Assembly: GCA_017859785.1 (NCBI GenBank)
Contig: JAFMMJ010000001.1
Span: 9,618-73,617 of the forward strand
Source: Ilumatobacteraceae bacterium
Lineage (GTDB): Bacteria; Actinomycetota; Acidimicrobiia; Acidimicrobiales; Ilumatobacteraceae
Reading direction: 5' to 3'
Length of the DNA: 64,000 bases
Position numbers and translations under genes: made by a program
Notes under the pieces: generated by a model
What the model was told of the DNA's origin: nothing
Seen by the model: the letters and a program-made list of their open reading frames with translations, nothing else
The model's database searches: none
Part shown: positions 17,663-26,454 of the stretch, in pieces
Numbering within the stretch: the first letter of the stretch is position 1
Layout: each line of letters opens with the position of its first letter

Positions 17663-18388
17663 GTGGACCACCGAGGAGCACCGGACGGACTCGACCTCGA
17701 GCAACTCGACGACGACGAACTCGTCCGCGCGATCGACCTCGCCTACGGCCCCGCGATACGCGACGGTGCCACCGACAGCGATGCTCCACCCGTTGAAATG
17801 TCGATGGTGACAAGCCTCGACGGCAGCGTCGCTGTCGCCGGGGGTTCGCGCGCCCTCTCCAGCCGTGTCGACCTCGCCGTGTTGCTTCGACTACGTCACC
17901 ATGCCTGCGTCACCCTCGTCGGCGCGGGAACGGTGCGTTCCGAGGACTACGCGGTACCGACCGATCCGACCGTTCGCTTCGCCGTCGTCACCGGACAAGG
18001 CGACCTCGACTGGGAGTCGGCGCTCTGGCGATCGGGCCACGCGACAGCGGTCGCACCGGAGAGCGTCGCCATCCCTGACCATGTTCCAGTAATCCGAGCC
18101 GGACACAACGACATCGACATCACTACCGTCGTTCAGCGAGTGAGCGAGCGATTCAGGTCCGGCACCGCCCCCATCCATCTCGAGGGAGGGCCGAAGCTGA
18201 ACGCGGCCCTCCACGATCACGACCTGATCGATGCGATCAACCTGACCATCTCACCGACGCTCGTCGCCGGACCGAGCCAGCGAGCCCTCGACGGCCCGAC
18301 CGAACGGCTCCGCCACTTCCGACGACGGCACGTCCTGATCGCCGGAGATCACCTGCTCACGCGGTGGGAGCGGGATCGGACTTGCTGA
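17663..18388 (+). CDS. RibD C-terminal-domain / dihydrofolate-reductase-like pyrimidine reductase family protein
   Basis: Family blocks MVTSLDGSVAV, TLVGAGTVRSEDY and IHLEGGPKLNAAL. ORF 17498..18388 trimmed to GTG 17663 (GGAG 12 nt upstream), because the Lys-rich first ~35 codons coincide with the DnaA-box array. ATG 17603 is an alternative start. Confidence 0.6.
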   Translation: MDHRGAPDGLDLEQLDDDELVRAIDLAYGPAIRDGATDSDAPPVEMSMVTSLDGSVAVAGGSRALSSRVDLAVLLRLRHHACVTLVGAGTVRSEDYAVPTDPTVRFAVVTGQGDLDWESALWRSGHATAVAPESVAIPDHVPVIRAGHNDIDITTVVQRVSERFRSGTAPIHLEGGPKLNAALHDHDLIDAINLTISPTLVAGPSQRALDGPTERLRHFRRRHVLIAGDHLLTRWERDRTC

Positions 18389-18824
18389 GCAGCTCGATCT
18401 CGCGGTGGAAATCAGCCGCCGCGTCGAAGTCCTTGTAGACCGAGGCGAACCTCAGATAGGCGACGTCGTCGAGAAGCCGGAGACGGTCGAGCACAGCCAC
18501 ACCGACCTGCGCGGTGGAAACCACCGTTCCGATCGCACGCATCTCCTCGTCGACACCGTCGACCAATGCTTCGATAGCGGCCTCGTCGAGGGATCTGCCC
18601 TTGGACGCGGCTGACACGCCAGCGATGACTTTCGCCCGATCGAAGCCCTCACGAGTGCCGTCGGACTTGACGACGAGGAGCGGCACCTCGTCCATCCGCT
18701 CAAAGGTGGTGAAGCGGTAACCGCAGTCAAGACACTCTCGGCGACGGCGGACAGCATTGCCGTCCTCGGCCAAACGCGAGTCGACGACCTTCGTGTCATC
18801 GGTACGACAGGCGGGACAATGCAC
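18357..18824 (-). CDS. nrdR: transcriptional repressor NrdR
   Basis: ORF 18357..18983 trimmed to GTG 18824 (VHCPACRTDDTKVVDSR...). It has a zinc ribbon (CPAC...CLDCG) and an ATP-cone domain. Confidence 0.92.
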   Translation of the reverse strand: MHCPACRTDDTKVVDSRLAEDGNAVRRRRECLDCGYRFTTFERMDEVPLLVVKSDGTREGFDRAKVIAGVSAASKGRSLDEAAIEALVDGVDEEMRAIGTVVSTAQVGVAVLDRLRLLDDVAYLRFASVYKDFDAAADFHREIELLSKSDPAPTA

Positions 18825-18865
18825 GCCTGAGAGGGTAATCGGGGGCCACCGTGGCCCCCGGGCAC

Positions 18866-19222
18866 TCAGGGAAGGCGAACGACCTGACCCGCCTGAATGC
18901 TCGGGCCGCCATTCAGCAGAACGAGCCGGTCGAGATACCGGTGAAGATCGACCGAGCCGTGGTGCTCGACGGCGATCGCCCACAACGTGTCACCGGGAAG
19001 GGCGGTGACCGTCGTGGGGGCGTTGGACGGCGCGGTATCGGCGGCGGAGGCAGTCACGCCGCCGATACCGGCCAGTGCTTCATTCACCGCGAGACCGGCG
19101 GTGACGACCATCAGAGCGAGCACCGTGCCGACCACCAGACGCCGACGGCGGTAGACCGCCTCGCTCGGGCGGGGGGCGACGGTGCGGATGGCGGCGGGGT
19201 TGTGGAGTGCGATGGTGCTCAT
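18866..19222 (-). CDS. LysM-domain membrane protein (ChiZ/Rv2719c-like)
   Basis: Trimmed to ATG 19222 (AGGAG RBS). One TM segment and a C-terminal LysM domain (GDTLWAIAVEHHG...LNGGPSIQAGQVVRLP). It occupies the conserved position between lexA and nrdR. Confidence 0.75.
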   Translation of the reverse strand: MSTIALHNPAAIRTVAPRPSEAVYRRRRLVVGTVLALMVVTAGLAVNEALAGIGGVTASAADTAPSNAPTTVTALPGDTLWAIAVEHHGSVDLHRYLDRLVLLNGGPSIQAGQVVRLP

Positions 19223-19340
19223 GTGGTGCTCCTGGTCTGCGTTGTTCGATGCGCCGTGGACCGTACGGAGGGGGTGTGACACCCCCGGAACGACCCGGGA
19301 ACACCGAGAATCCGTGTAGCGGCTCCGGAGAACCGCGATA

Positions 19341-19384
19341 CGAACACTTGTTCTGGGAACATTTGTACCCCGAACATCCGTTCG
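19341..19384. promoter_or_regulatory. three contiguous LexA SOS boxes in a 15-bp register
   Basis: CGAACacttGTTCT (19341-19354), GGAACatttGTACC (19356-19369) and CGAACatccGTTCG (19371-19384). The actinobacterial/Gram-positive consensus is CGAAC-N4-GTTCG. Confidence 0.7.
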
Positions 19385-19410
19385 TGTCAACCCCGCCTGG
19401 CAGAAAATTC

Positions 19411-19471
19411 CGAACACATGATCCCCGATCGAACGAACACATGTTTGACTTCGCGATCGAACGCGCGTACG
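19411..19471. promoter_or_regulatory. three further SOS-box-like sites proximal to lexA
   Basis: CGAACacatGATCC (19411-19424), CGAACacatGTTTG (19434-19447) and TCGAACgcgcGTACG (19457-19471). The last one abuts ATG 19472. Confidence 0.55.
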
Positions 19472-20113
19472 ATGCGGCCCATGGCATCGCCCAAGATCAG
19501 TGCCCGTCAGCGTGAGATCCTCACGTTCATCGAGTCGCAGATGCGCGACCGCGGTTACCCGCCGTCGGTGCGCGAGATTGGCGAGGCCGTCGGCCTCAAC
19601 TCCCCGTCAACGGTTCACACCCACCTCAACACCCTCACCCGCCTCGGCTATCTACGCCGCGACCCGACCAAGCCCCGCGCGATCGAGGTCACCTGGGATG
19701 CCAACTCCGGCGTCGCGATGGAGCGCCGCCCGGTGCGCCACGTGCCGCTGATCGGCGATGTCGCCGCAGGCACCGACGTGCTGGCCCAGGAGAACGTCGA
19801 GGAGCTCCTTCCACTCCCGGCTGACTTCACGGGCGACGGCGATCTCTTCATGCTCCGGGTGCGCGGCGAGTCGATGATCGACGCCGGCATCCTCGACGGA
19901 GACTTCGTGATCGCCGTCCAACAGCGCACCGCCGAGCGCGGCGACATCGTTGTCGCCGGAATCCCCGGCGACGAGGCGACCGTCAAGACCTACCAGCCGC
20001 GCGGCACCAACATCGTGCTCGTCCCGGCCAACCCGACGATGGAGCCGATGGAGTTTCCCGCCGACGAGGTGTCCATCTTCGGTCGCGTGGTCACTGTCAT
20101 CCGGCGTCTCTAA
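19472..20113 (+). CDS. lexA: LexA repressor
   Basis: ORF trimmed to ATG 19472 (ATG 19481 is an alternative). Winged HTH (ARQREILTFIESQ...PSVREIGEAVGL) and S24 peptidase domain (GESMIDAGILDGD). Confidence 0.92.
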   Translation: MRPMASPKISARQREILTFIESQMRDRGYPPSVREIGEAVGLNSPSTVHTHLNTLTRLGYLRRDPTKPRAIEVTWDANSGVAMERRPVRHVPLIGDVAAGTDVLAQENVEELLPLPADFTGDGDLFMLRVRGESMIDAGILDGDFVIAVQQRTAERGDIVVAGIPGDEATVKTYQPRGTNIVLVPANPTMEPMEFPADEVSIFGRVVTVIRRL

Positions 20114-20125
20114 AACCCGACCGAC

Positions 20126-20773
20126 TCAACCGAGTCTCGGGCCGCTCGGAGGGTCCCACACACTGATCACGGGACGCTCCGAAGCACCGTGTCGTCGAGA
20201 TGACGCCGCGGCCCTCGACGACACGGCGACCAACGCCGCCAAGGCGAGACCACCGATCATCACGGCCACCGCGGTTCCCCGGCGGCGAGATTCCACCTCC
20301 CGCGGGTCGAGACCGAGAGCCACGACCCCGTCGCCTTCCACCCTCACCAGATAGGGCCCGGGTTCCACCTCGACCCGGCCGAGCACCGTCGCGCGCCACC
20401 CGCCGACCGTGACCATCGAACCTCGGTCGCGATCGTCGATCTCAAGTGCCTCACCGGACGCATCAGCGATCACCACCGACCCCACCTCCACGTCATCTCG
20501 CTCCCCCGGCGTCACCGCGCCGCACGAGCCGACCGGGTCGATTGCGCCGCCGCGCTCTTCGGAGAACACGATGATGGTCCCCGAGCGATCAACTTCGAGC
20601 AACGAGTCGCACCCTCCAACAGCGCGGGCGAGACCGTCAACCACCGATGCCGGCAGCGGCCCAGCGGAGACCAAGGTGAGCGCGGTCGCTACGAGAGCCC
20701 CAACGGCCAGTAGCGCCGGAGCGATCCACCGGCGTCCCCCACCGGCCCGCGTGGGCCGGTGCGATGGTCTCAC
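20126..20773 (-). CDS. hypothetical membrane-anchored protein (TM segments at both the N and C termini)
   Basis: ORF 20126..20896 trimmed to GTG 20773, which overlaps the upstream aminotransferase stop (GTGA). No family recognised. Confidence 0.5.
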   Translation of the reverse strand: MRPSHRPTRAGGGRRWIAPALLAVGALVATALTLVSAGPLPASVVDGLARAVGGCDSLLEVDRSGTIIVFSEERGGAIDPVGSCGAVTPGERDDVEVGSVVIADASGEALEIDDRDRGSMVTVGGWRATVLGRVEVEPGPYLVRVEGDGVVALGLDPREVESRRRGTAVAVMIGGLALAALVAVSSRAAASSRRHGASERPVISVWDPPSGPRLG

Positions 20774-21900
20774 CGGTCGCCGCCCCCCGACAGGCGCGCC
20801 GCGAGAAGATCGATCCGGTCGATCGAGGTGACGACCGCGACGCGGACATGGTCGCGTCCCGCCTTGCCGTAGAACTCGCCTGGGCTCACGAGACATCCCC
20901 CCTCAACCGCCAGGCGCTCCGCGAACTCCCAGGCGTCTCCGACCCGGAACCAGAGATAAAAACCGCCAGCCGGACGCCCGATCTCCACACCCGACCAGTC
21001 GCCGATCGCGCGGGCGGCGGCATCGAGGCGGGCCAGATAGCGATCACGCTGCTCGGCCACGTGCTCGTCGTCGTCGAGGGCGACCACACCGGCGGCCTGC
21101 ACTGGACCGGGCATCATCATCCCGGCGTGCTTGCGAACCTCCGCGAGGTAGTGGACGAGTTCAGGATCGCCGGCGTAGAAGGCCACCCGCGCCCCGGCGA
21201 GATTCGACCGCTTCGAGAGCGAATGAAGGGCGATGACGCCATCGAGACCGTGCTCGAGGATCGTGCGGGCGGGCCCATCCCACGTGAACTCGGCGTAGCA
21301 CTCGTCGGAGAGCACCGGCACGCCATGAGCGCGCCCCCAAGCGGCCGCCGCGCCCAGATCGTCGAGCGCTCCGGACGGATTAGCCGGCGAATTGACCCAG
21401 AGCGCGAGCGCCCGTGCCGCGTCATCGGCGGAGATGGCGTCGAGGTCCATCACCCCATCGGCATTCGCCGGGACCGCTACCGCCCGGCAGCCCGCGAGTG
21501 TCGCCCCCATCTCGTAACTCGGATAGGCGACCTCGGGGAAAAGCACCGTGTCCCGCCCCGGCGAGCGGAGCCGCAACCACTGCGGAACCGTGGCGACGAA
21601 CTCCTTCGAACCAACGCAGGCGGCGATGGCCGAGATCGGAACGTCGATCGAGAACCGACGATTCATCCACCTCGCGGCGGCTGAGCGGAGCGCCTCCGAC
21701 CCGATCGACGGCGGGTATCCGCGCTCGGCACCGGAGTTGGCGAGGGCGGCCACGACCGAGGCGGCCGGCGCATCGAACGGTGTGCCGATCGACAGATCGA
21801 TCACCCCACCCGAGAACCGCTCCGCGTGATGGCGCAGACCATCGAGACGGTCGTATGGATACGGGGGCGGCACGAAGCCCTGCGGTGTCACGGACATCAT
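20770..21900 (-). CDS. class I/II PLP aminotransferase (succinyldiaminopimelate transaminase DapC-like)
   Basis: 376 aa. The N-terminal PPPYPYDRL...IDLSIGTP block is typical of actinobacterial DapC. The PLP-lysine region is LHSLSKRSNLAG. The start overlaps the hflX stop (ATGA). Confidence 0.75.
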   Translation of the reverse strand: MMSVTPQGFVPPPYPYDRLDGLRHHAERFSGGVIDLSIGTPFDAPAASVVAALANSGAERGYPPSIGSEALRSAAARWMNRRFSIDVPISAIAACVGSKEFVATVPQWLRLRSPGRDTVLFPEVAYPSYEMGATLAGCRAVAVPANADGVMDLDAISADDAARALALWVNSPANPSGALDDLGAAAAWGRAHGVPVLSDECYAEFTWDGPARTILEHGLDGVIALHSLSKRSNLAGARVAFYAGDPELVHYLAEVRKHAGMMMPGPVQAAGVVALDDDEHVAEQRDRYLARLDAAARAIGDWSGVEIGRPAGGFYLWFRVGDAWEFAERLAVEGGCLVSPGEFYGKAGRDHVRVAVVTSIDRIDLLAARLSGGGDR

Positions 21901-23216
21901 TCTCCCCCTTCCGCGCTCGAGGCGACGACGAACTCTCGGAGCCGCCCGAGCGAAGCATCCGAAAGCCGCACCCTCGTGCGTTGACCATCGGCCTCATCAG
22001 CGGTCGAGACGATCTGGCCCTCTCGATGCACCGAGGCGAGCACATCACCGCGATCCCACGGGATGAAGAGCTCGACCACCTCGGTGAGCGAACGCAGACG
22101 GTCGCCGAGTGTGGCGAGCATGAGATCAATCCCGTCGCCGGTGAGCGAGCTCACGGCCACCGAACCGGGATGATCCGCCACCAGGTCAGCCGCACCCGTC
22201 GGATCGAGATCGCTCTTGTTGAACACGATCATCTCGGGCACCCGATCAGCATCGATCTCCGACAACACCTCTCGCACGGCGGCGATCTGACCCTCAGGGT
22301 CGGGCGCTCCCGCGTCGACCACATGCACGAGTTGATCAGCAGTGGCCGCGACCTCAAGGGTGCCCTTGAACGCCTCGATGAGACCGTGAGGCAAGCGGCG
22401 CACAAAACCGACCGTGTCGGTCAGAAGTACCGGCTCACCACCTGGAAGAGCGAGACGCCTCGTGGTTGGATCGAGTGTCGCGAACAGTCGGTTCTCGGCG
22501 AGCACTCCCGCTTGGGTGAGTCGATTCAACAACGTGCTCTTGCCCGCGTTCGTGTAGCCGACGATCGTCACCTCGGCCAGACCCGAACGGCTCCGGCTCT
22601 TGCGCTGCAAGGCGCGAGTGGATGCCAACTCGCGCAATTCGACCTCGAGGGACCGGATGCGCCGGTTGATGCGACGGCGATCGACCTCGATCTTGGTCTC
22701 ACCACCGCCGAATCGCGCGCCGACCCCACCTCGCTGCTGGGAGAGCTTCGCCGTGCCGCCGCGGCGAAGTCTCGGCAATCGGTAACGAAGGAGAGCGAGC
22801 TCCACCTGCGCCCGCCCCTCGAGGGTGTGGGCGTTCTGGGCGAAGATGTCGAGGATCACCGCGGTGCGGTCGATAGCGGTTCGCCCGAGCAATTTCTCGA
22901 GCTGGAACTGCTGGGCCGGATTCAGCTCGTTGTCGAAGACCACCGTGTCCGCGTCGACCGCGAGACAAATCGACTTCAACTCCTCCGCCTTGCCTTTGCC
23001 GATGAAGAAGGTGTGATCCGGCGCGTCACGCCGCTGAACGAGGCGGGCGCAGACATCGGCTCCCGCGGTGTCGACCAAGAGTTCAAGCTCATCGAGGCTC
23101 GCTTCGGTGTCATCGTCCGTTGAACCAGGAAGGGTGACGCCGACGAGGACGATCTTCTCGCGGACCGTGCGATCGATCAGGGTGGCGCCGAGCGCCTCGG
23201 AATACGGGTTGCTCAC
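21897..23216 (-). CDS. hflX: GTPase HflX
   Basis: HflX N-domain plus G-domain (GYTNAGKSTLLN, LTDTVGF, NKSD). Trimmed to GTG 23216, which overlaps the dapF stop (GTGA). Confidence 0.9.
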   Translation of the reverse strand: MSNPYSEALGATLIDRTVREKIVLVGVTLPGSTDDDTEASLDELELLVDTAGADVCARLVQRRDAPDHTFFIGKGKAEELKSICLAVDADTVVFDNELNPAQQFQLEKLLGRTAIDRTAVILDIFAQNAHTLEGRAQVELALLRYRLPRLRRGGTAKLSQQRGGVGARFGGGETKIEVDRRRINRRIRSLEVELRELASTRALQRKSRSRSGLAEVTIVGYTNAGKSTLLNRLTQAGVLAENRLFATLDPTTRRLALPGGEPVLLTDTVGFVRRLPHGLIEAFKGTLEVAATADQLVHVVDAGAPDPEGQIAAVREVLSEIDADRVPEMIVFNKSDLDPTGAADLVADHPGSVAVSSLTGDGIDLMLATLGDRLRSLTEVVELFIPWDRGDVLASVHREGQIVSTADEADGQRTRVRLSDASLGRLREFVVASSAEGGE

Positions 23217-24031
23217 CGTGGTTCGATCTCGACGGTGGCGACCGCGACGGACGGACCCGACAAGACCGCGGTTCGTGTGCCGCGATCGACCGAGACGGTC
23301 ACCGTGCCACCGTCCATGTGGACCGTCACCTCCCCGTTCGCGTCGGCGGTCACGAGACCCCACTCGAGAGCGGCGACAGCGGTGGCGCACGCCCCGGTGC
23401 CGCAGGCCTCGGTGATGCCGACCCCTCGCTCGTGAACGCGCATGCGCACCTCATGAGGGCCCGGACCCGGCTCCACGATCTCGAGGTTGACCCCCGGGAC
23501 CACCGACCCGAGCGCCTCGAGGTCGACAACGGCGACGTCGTCCACGCCGACCACGGCGTGCGGGTTGCCGAGGCTGAGATGTCGAACCGGGCGATCGGGA
23601 TGACATCCCGTCTTCGCCCAGTCGGCTGGCTCGTGGGTGTCGGACACCTCCCCCATCTCGACCGAGGACACCATCGTCGTGCCGTCGTGGCTTCGGATCT
23701 CGACGGCGCGAAGGCCGGCGTCGGTGGCAACCGCCACGGTGCTCGGAACCGCCGCACCTCGATGCTCGATCCACGCCTGCGCGAAACAGCGGATGCCGTT
23801 GCCACTCATCTCAGCCGGGGAGCCGTCGGCGTTGAGCAGACGCATGACGACGTCCACCCCGGAGGGTTGATCGAGTGCGGGGGCCGACCCGATGAGCAGC
23901 CCGTCGGCTCCGATGCCCCGACGCCGGTCGCACACGGATCGGGCGAATTCGACCGCGTCGATCTCCTCGCTCAGGTCGAAGGTCACGAGGAAGTCGTTAC
24001 CAAGCCCGTGCAACTTCCGGAGGGTGGTCAC
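23213..24031 (-). CDS. dapF: diaminopimelate epimerase
   Basis: Trimmed to GTG 24031 (VTTLRKLHGLGNDFLV). Both catalytic-Cys blocks are present (NADGSPAEMSGNGIRC, ACGTGACA). Confidence 0.9.
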   Translation of the reverse strand: MTTLRKLHGLGNDFLVTFDLSEEIDAVEFARSVCDRRRGIGADGLLIGSAPALDQPSGVDVVMRLLNADGSPAEMSGNGIRCFAQAWIEHRGAAVPSTVAVATDAGLRAVEIRSHDGTTMVSSVEMGEVSDTHEPADWAKTGCHPDRPVRHLSLGNPHAVVGVDDVAVVDLEALGSVVPGVNLEIVEPGPGPHEVRMRVHERGVGITEACGTGACATAVAALEWGLVTADANGEVTVHMDGGTVTVSVDRGTRTAVLSGPSVAVATVEIEPR

Positions 24032-24059
24032 GGTTGGCCGTTCTCGGCGGGTGCGCTGA

Positions 24060-25010
24060 TCATGTGTGGTCCGTTCCGCCCGTATGGTCCCAGATCTCCT
24101 CGAGGGCGTCCATGGCCTCAAGAACGGGGTCGGCGGTGATATCAACCCAGCGTATGCGGGGGTCGCGGCGGAACCAGCGCTCCTGGCGGACCGCGAACTG
24201 GCGCGTATGAAGGATGGTCGCGTCGATCGCCTCGTCGAGGGAGCACTCGCCGCGGAGATGAGCAGCGATCTCGGCGTAGCCGAGGGCCTGTAGCGCTGTT
24301 CGCGAGGGCGAGGCACTCACAATGGCGGCGACTTCGTCGACGAATCCCGCGTCGATCATCGTGTGGACCCGGGCCTCGATTCGCTCGGCGAGAACGGCGC
24401 GCTCCCATCGCAGTCCAATCTGAGGCACCGGGGTGGGCGGGTAACGGTCGAGTCCGTCACCGAAGGATGAGAACGCCCGCCCGGTGACCTCGATGACCTC
24501 GAGGGCACGCACGACGCGGCGGAGATTCGTCGACTCCATCCGACCCGCGGCCACTGGGTCGACACTGGTCAGCCGTTCGTGCAGCGCCTCCACACCAAGT
24601 TCGCGCGCCTCATCCTCGAGGCGAGCGCGCACCACGTCGTCGCCACCAGCGAGTTCAAGACCATCGACCGCGCACCGGTGATAGAGCCCGGTTCCTCCAA
24701 CCAAAAGCGCGCGATTGCCGTGTCGACCGATGTCGGTCAACGACTCGCTGAGGAGATCCCGAAAGCGACCGACGGTGAACTCCTCGCAGGGCTCGCATAC
24801 ATCGATGAGATGGTGCGGCACCGCCGCGCGCTCCTCCGGGCTCGGCGAGGCGGTGCCGATGTCCATCCCCCGATACACCTGCATCGAGTCGACCGAGACG
24901 ATTTCGACGTCGACGTGCCGTTTCGCGAACGCGAGCGCGAGGGACGACTTCCCCGAAGCCGTCGCCCCGATGAGCGCCACCCGAGCTGTGTCAGCCATCG
25001 GGTCAGCCAT
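24060..25010 (-). CDS. miaA: tRNA dimethylallyltransferase
   Basis: Trimmed to ATG 25010 (MADPMADTARVALIGATASGKSSLA, with P-loop). ATG 24998 is an equally possible start created by a 12-bp tandem duplication. Confidence 0.9.
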   Translation of the reverse strand: MADPMADTARVALIGATASGKSSLALAFAKRHVDVEIVSVDSMQVYRGMDIGTASPSPEERAAVPHHLIDVCEPCEEFTVGRFRDLLSESLTDIGRHGNRALLVGGTGLYHRCAVDGLELAGGDDVVRARLEDEARELGVEALHERLTSVDPVAAGRMESTNLRRVVRALEVIEVTGRAFSSFGDGLDRYPPTPVPQIGLRWERAVLAERIEARVHTMIDAGFVDEVAAIVSASPSRTALQALGYAEIAAHLRGECSLDEAIDATILHTRQFAVRQERWFRRDPRIRWVDITADPVLEAMDALEEIWDHTGGTDHT

Positions 25011-25013
25011 CGG
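24990..25013. repeat. perfect 12-bp tandem duplication at the miaB-miaA junction
   Basis: GTCAGCCATCGG occurs twice (24990-25001 and 25002-25013). On the coding strand this duplicates ATG-GCT-GAC-CCG (MADP-MADx). Confidence 0.9.
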
Positions 25014-25014
25014 A

Positions 25015-26433
25015 TCAGATCGAAAGCACGGGGATCCGCGTGCGGTGAGTGGCCTCGGAGATGAGGTCGACGAAACGTCCCTCAAGGAAGTGGGGGGCGC
25101 CGCGAGTGACCTCGACGGTCGCGTAGGACCCGGCACGAAGGGGACGAGGAGGCACGAAGTGGACGAGCTTGTTCTGACGGGTTCGCCCTGAGAGAACCGA
25201 CGGGTCACGCTTCGATGGGCCCTCCACCAAGACCTCCTCGATCCGGCCGACCCGAGCCTCGTGACGAGCGAGCGCGGAGCGCTCGACGACGATCCTCAGT
25301 CGCTCGAACCGATCGCGCGCGACCTCCGGATCGACGAAGTCGTCAACGGCCTCCGCGGCCTCGGTGCCGGGACGCGGCGAGTAGATGAAGGTGTAGGCGT
25401 AGTCGTACTCGGCGGCCGCGGCCACTTCGAGGGTGCGCTCGAAATCGTCTTCGGTCTCGCCGGGGAAGCCGACGATGATGTCGGTCGACACGGCCAGGTC
25501 GTCGATGGTGGCGCGAGCCTCGGCGAGGCGGTCGAGATAGCGCTCGGCGGTGTAGCCGCGGTGCATCAGCGCGAGCACACGGTCGCTGCCGGACTGCAGG
25601 GGGTAGTGCAGGTGCTCGCACACCTCCGCCGTCGCCGCCATCGCCTCGAAGGTTTCCGTCCGCATGTCCTTCGGGTGAGGACTGGTGAAACGAACCCGTC
25701 GGATGCCCTCAACCGCGCCGACGGCACCGAGCAGGTCGGCGAACAGCGGGCGCGGACGCGCCTCCGCATCGCCGGCGCGTCGTAGCGCGAGTTGGAGGTC
25801 GCGACCGTAGGAGTTGACGTTCTGGCCAAGCAGGGTGACCTCGGTGACCCCGTCGGCCGCGAATCGCGCCACCTCGGCGACGACGTCGTCGAAGGGACGC
25901 GATACCTCCGCCCCTCGAACCGCCGGCACGATGCAGAACGCGCAGTTGTTGTCGCAACCGATCTGAATGGTCACCCACGCCGAATGGGACACCTCGCGTC
26001 GCACGGGAAGCGCGGAGGGGAAGAGCACCTCGTCGTCGACGACGGCCTCCTCGAAGATCTCGGTGATCGGACCGTGCCGCTCGACCGAGTCGAGCAGTTC
26101 CGCGGTGCGATGGACGTTGTGGGTGCCGAGCACCACGTCGACGTAGGGAGCCCGCTCACGGACGGTCTCGCGGTCTTTCTGCGCCAAGCACCCAGCGACC
26201 ACGATCCGACGGCCGGGTGCCGCGTCCTTCCAGGTCTTCAAGTGGCCGAGATTGCCGTAGAGCTTGTTGTCGGCGTTCTCGCGGATGCAGCAGGTGTTGA
26301 GCACCACCACATCGGCCCCATCGAGATCATCGGCCTCACTGAACCCGTCGCTCTCCAGCAGGCCCGCGATCCGCTCGGAGTCGTGCTCGTTCATCTGGCA
26401 CCCGTAGGTGCGAACGACATATCGACCCGACAT
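25015..26433 (-). CDS. miaB: tRNA-2-methylthio-N6-dimethylallyladenosine synthase (radical SAM)
   Basis: UPF0004 N-domain (TYGCQMNEHDSE), radical-SAM motif CDNNCAFCIVP and a C-terminal TRAM domain. Confidence 0.92.
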   Translation of the reverse strand: MSGRYVVRTYGCQMNEHDSERIAGLLESDGFSEADDLDGADVVVLNTCCIRENADNKLYGNLGHLKTWKDAAPGRRIVVAGCLAQKDRETVRERAPYVDVVLGTHNVHRTAELLDSVERHGPITEIFEEAVVDDEVLFPSALPVRREVSHSAWVTIQIGCDNNCAFCIVPAVRGAEVSRPFDDVVAEVARFAADGVTEVTLLGQNVNSYGRDLQLALRRAGDAEARPRPLFADLLGAVGAVEGIRRVRFTSPHPKDMRTETFEAMAATAEVCEHLHYPLQSGSDRVLALMHRGYTAERYLDRLAEARATIDDLAVSTDIIVGFPGETEDDFERTLEVAAAAEYDYAYTFIYSPRPGTEAAEAVDDFVDPEVARDRFERLRIVVERSALARHEARVGRIEEVLVEGPSKRDPSVLSGRTRQNKLVHFVPPRPLRAGSYATVEVTRGAPHFLEGRFVDLISEATHRTRIPVLSI

Positions 26434-26454
26434 GGAGCCGAGGCTAACGCTGCC

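Noticed and set aside
21414-23123. 569-aa plus-strand ORF, and a similar 308-aa minus-strand ORF at 1560..2486
   Set aside because: Both are antisense or out-of-frame overlaps of well-supported genes (hflX/dapC-like, and tdk/membrane protein). Their composition is Arg/Pro/Ser-rich. The same reasoning rejects the other long shadow ORFs: 2961..3923, 5247..6266, 6719..7777, 8000..9049, 25792..26814, 32619..33935, 33868..35322, 36315..37835, 38158..39303, 41170..42618, 50479..51468 and 62451..63482.
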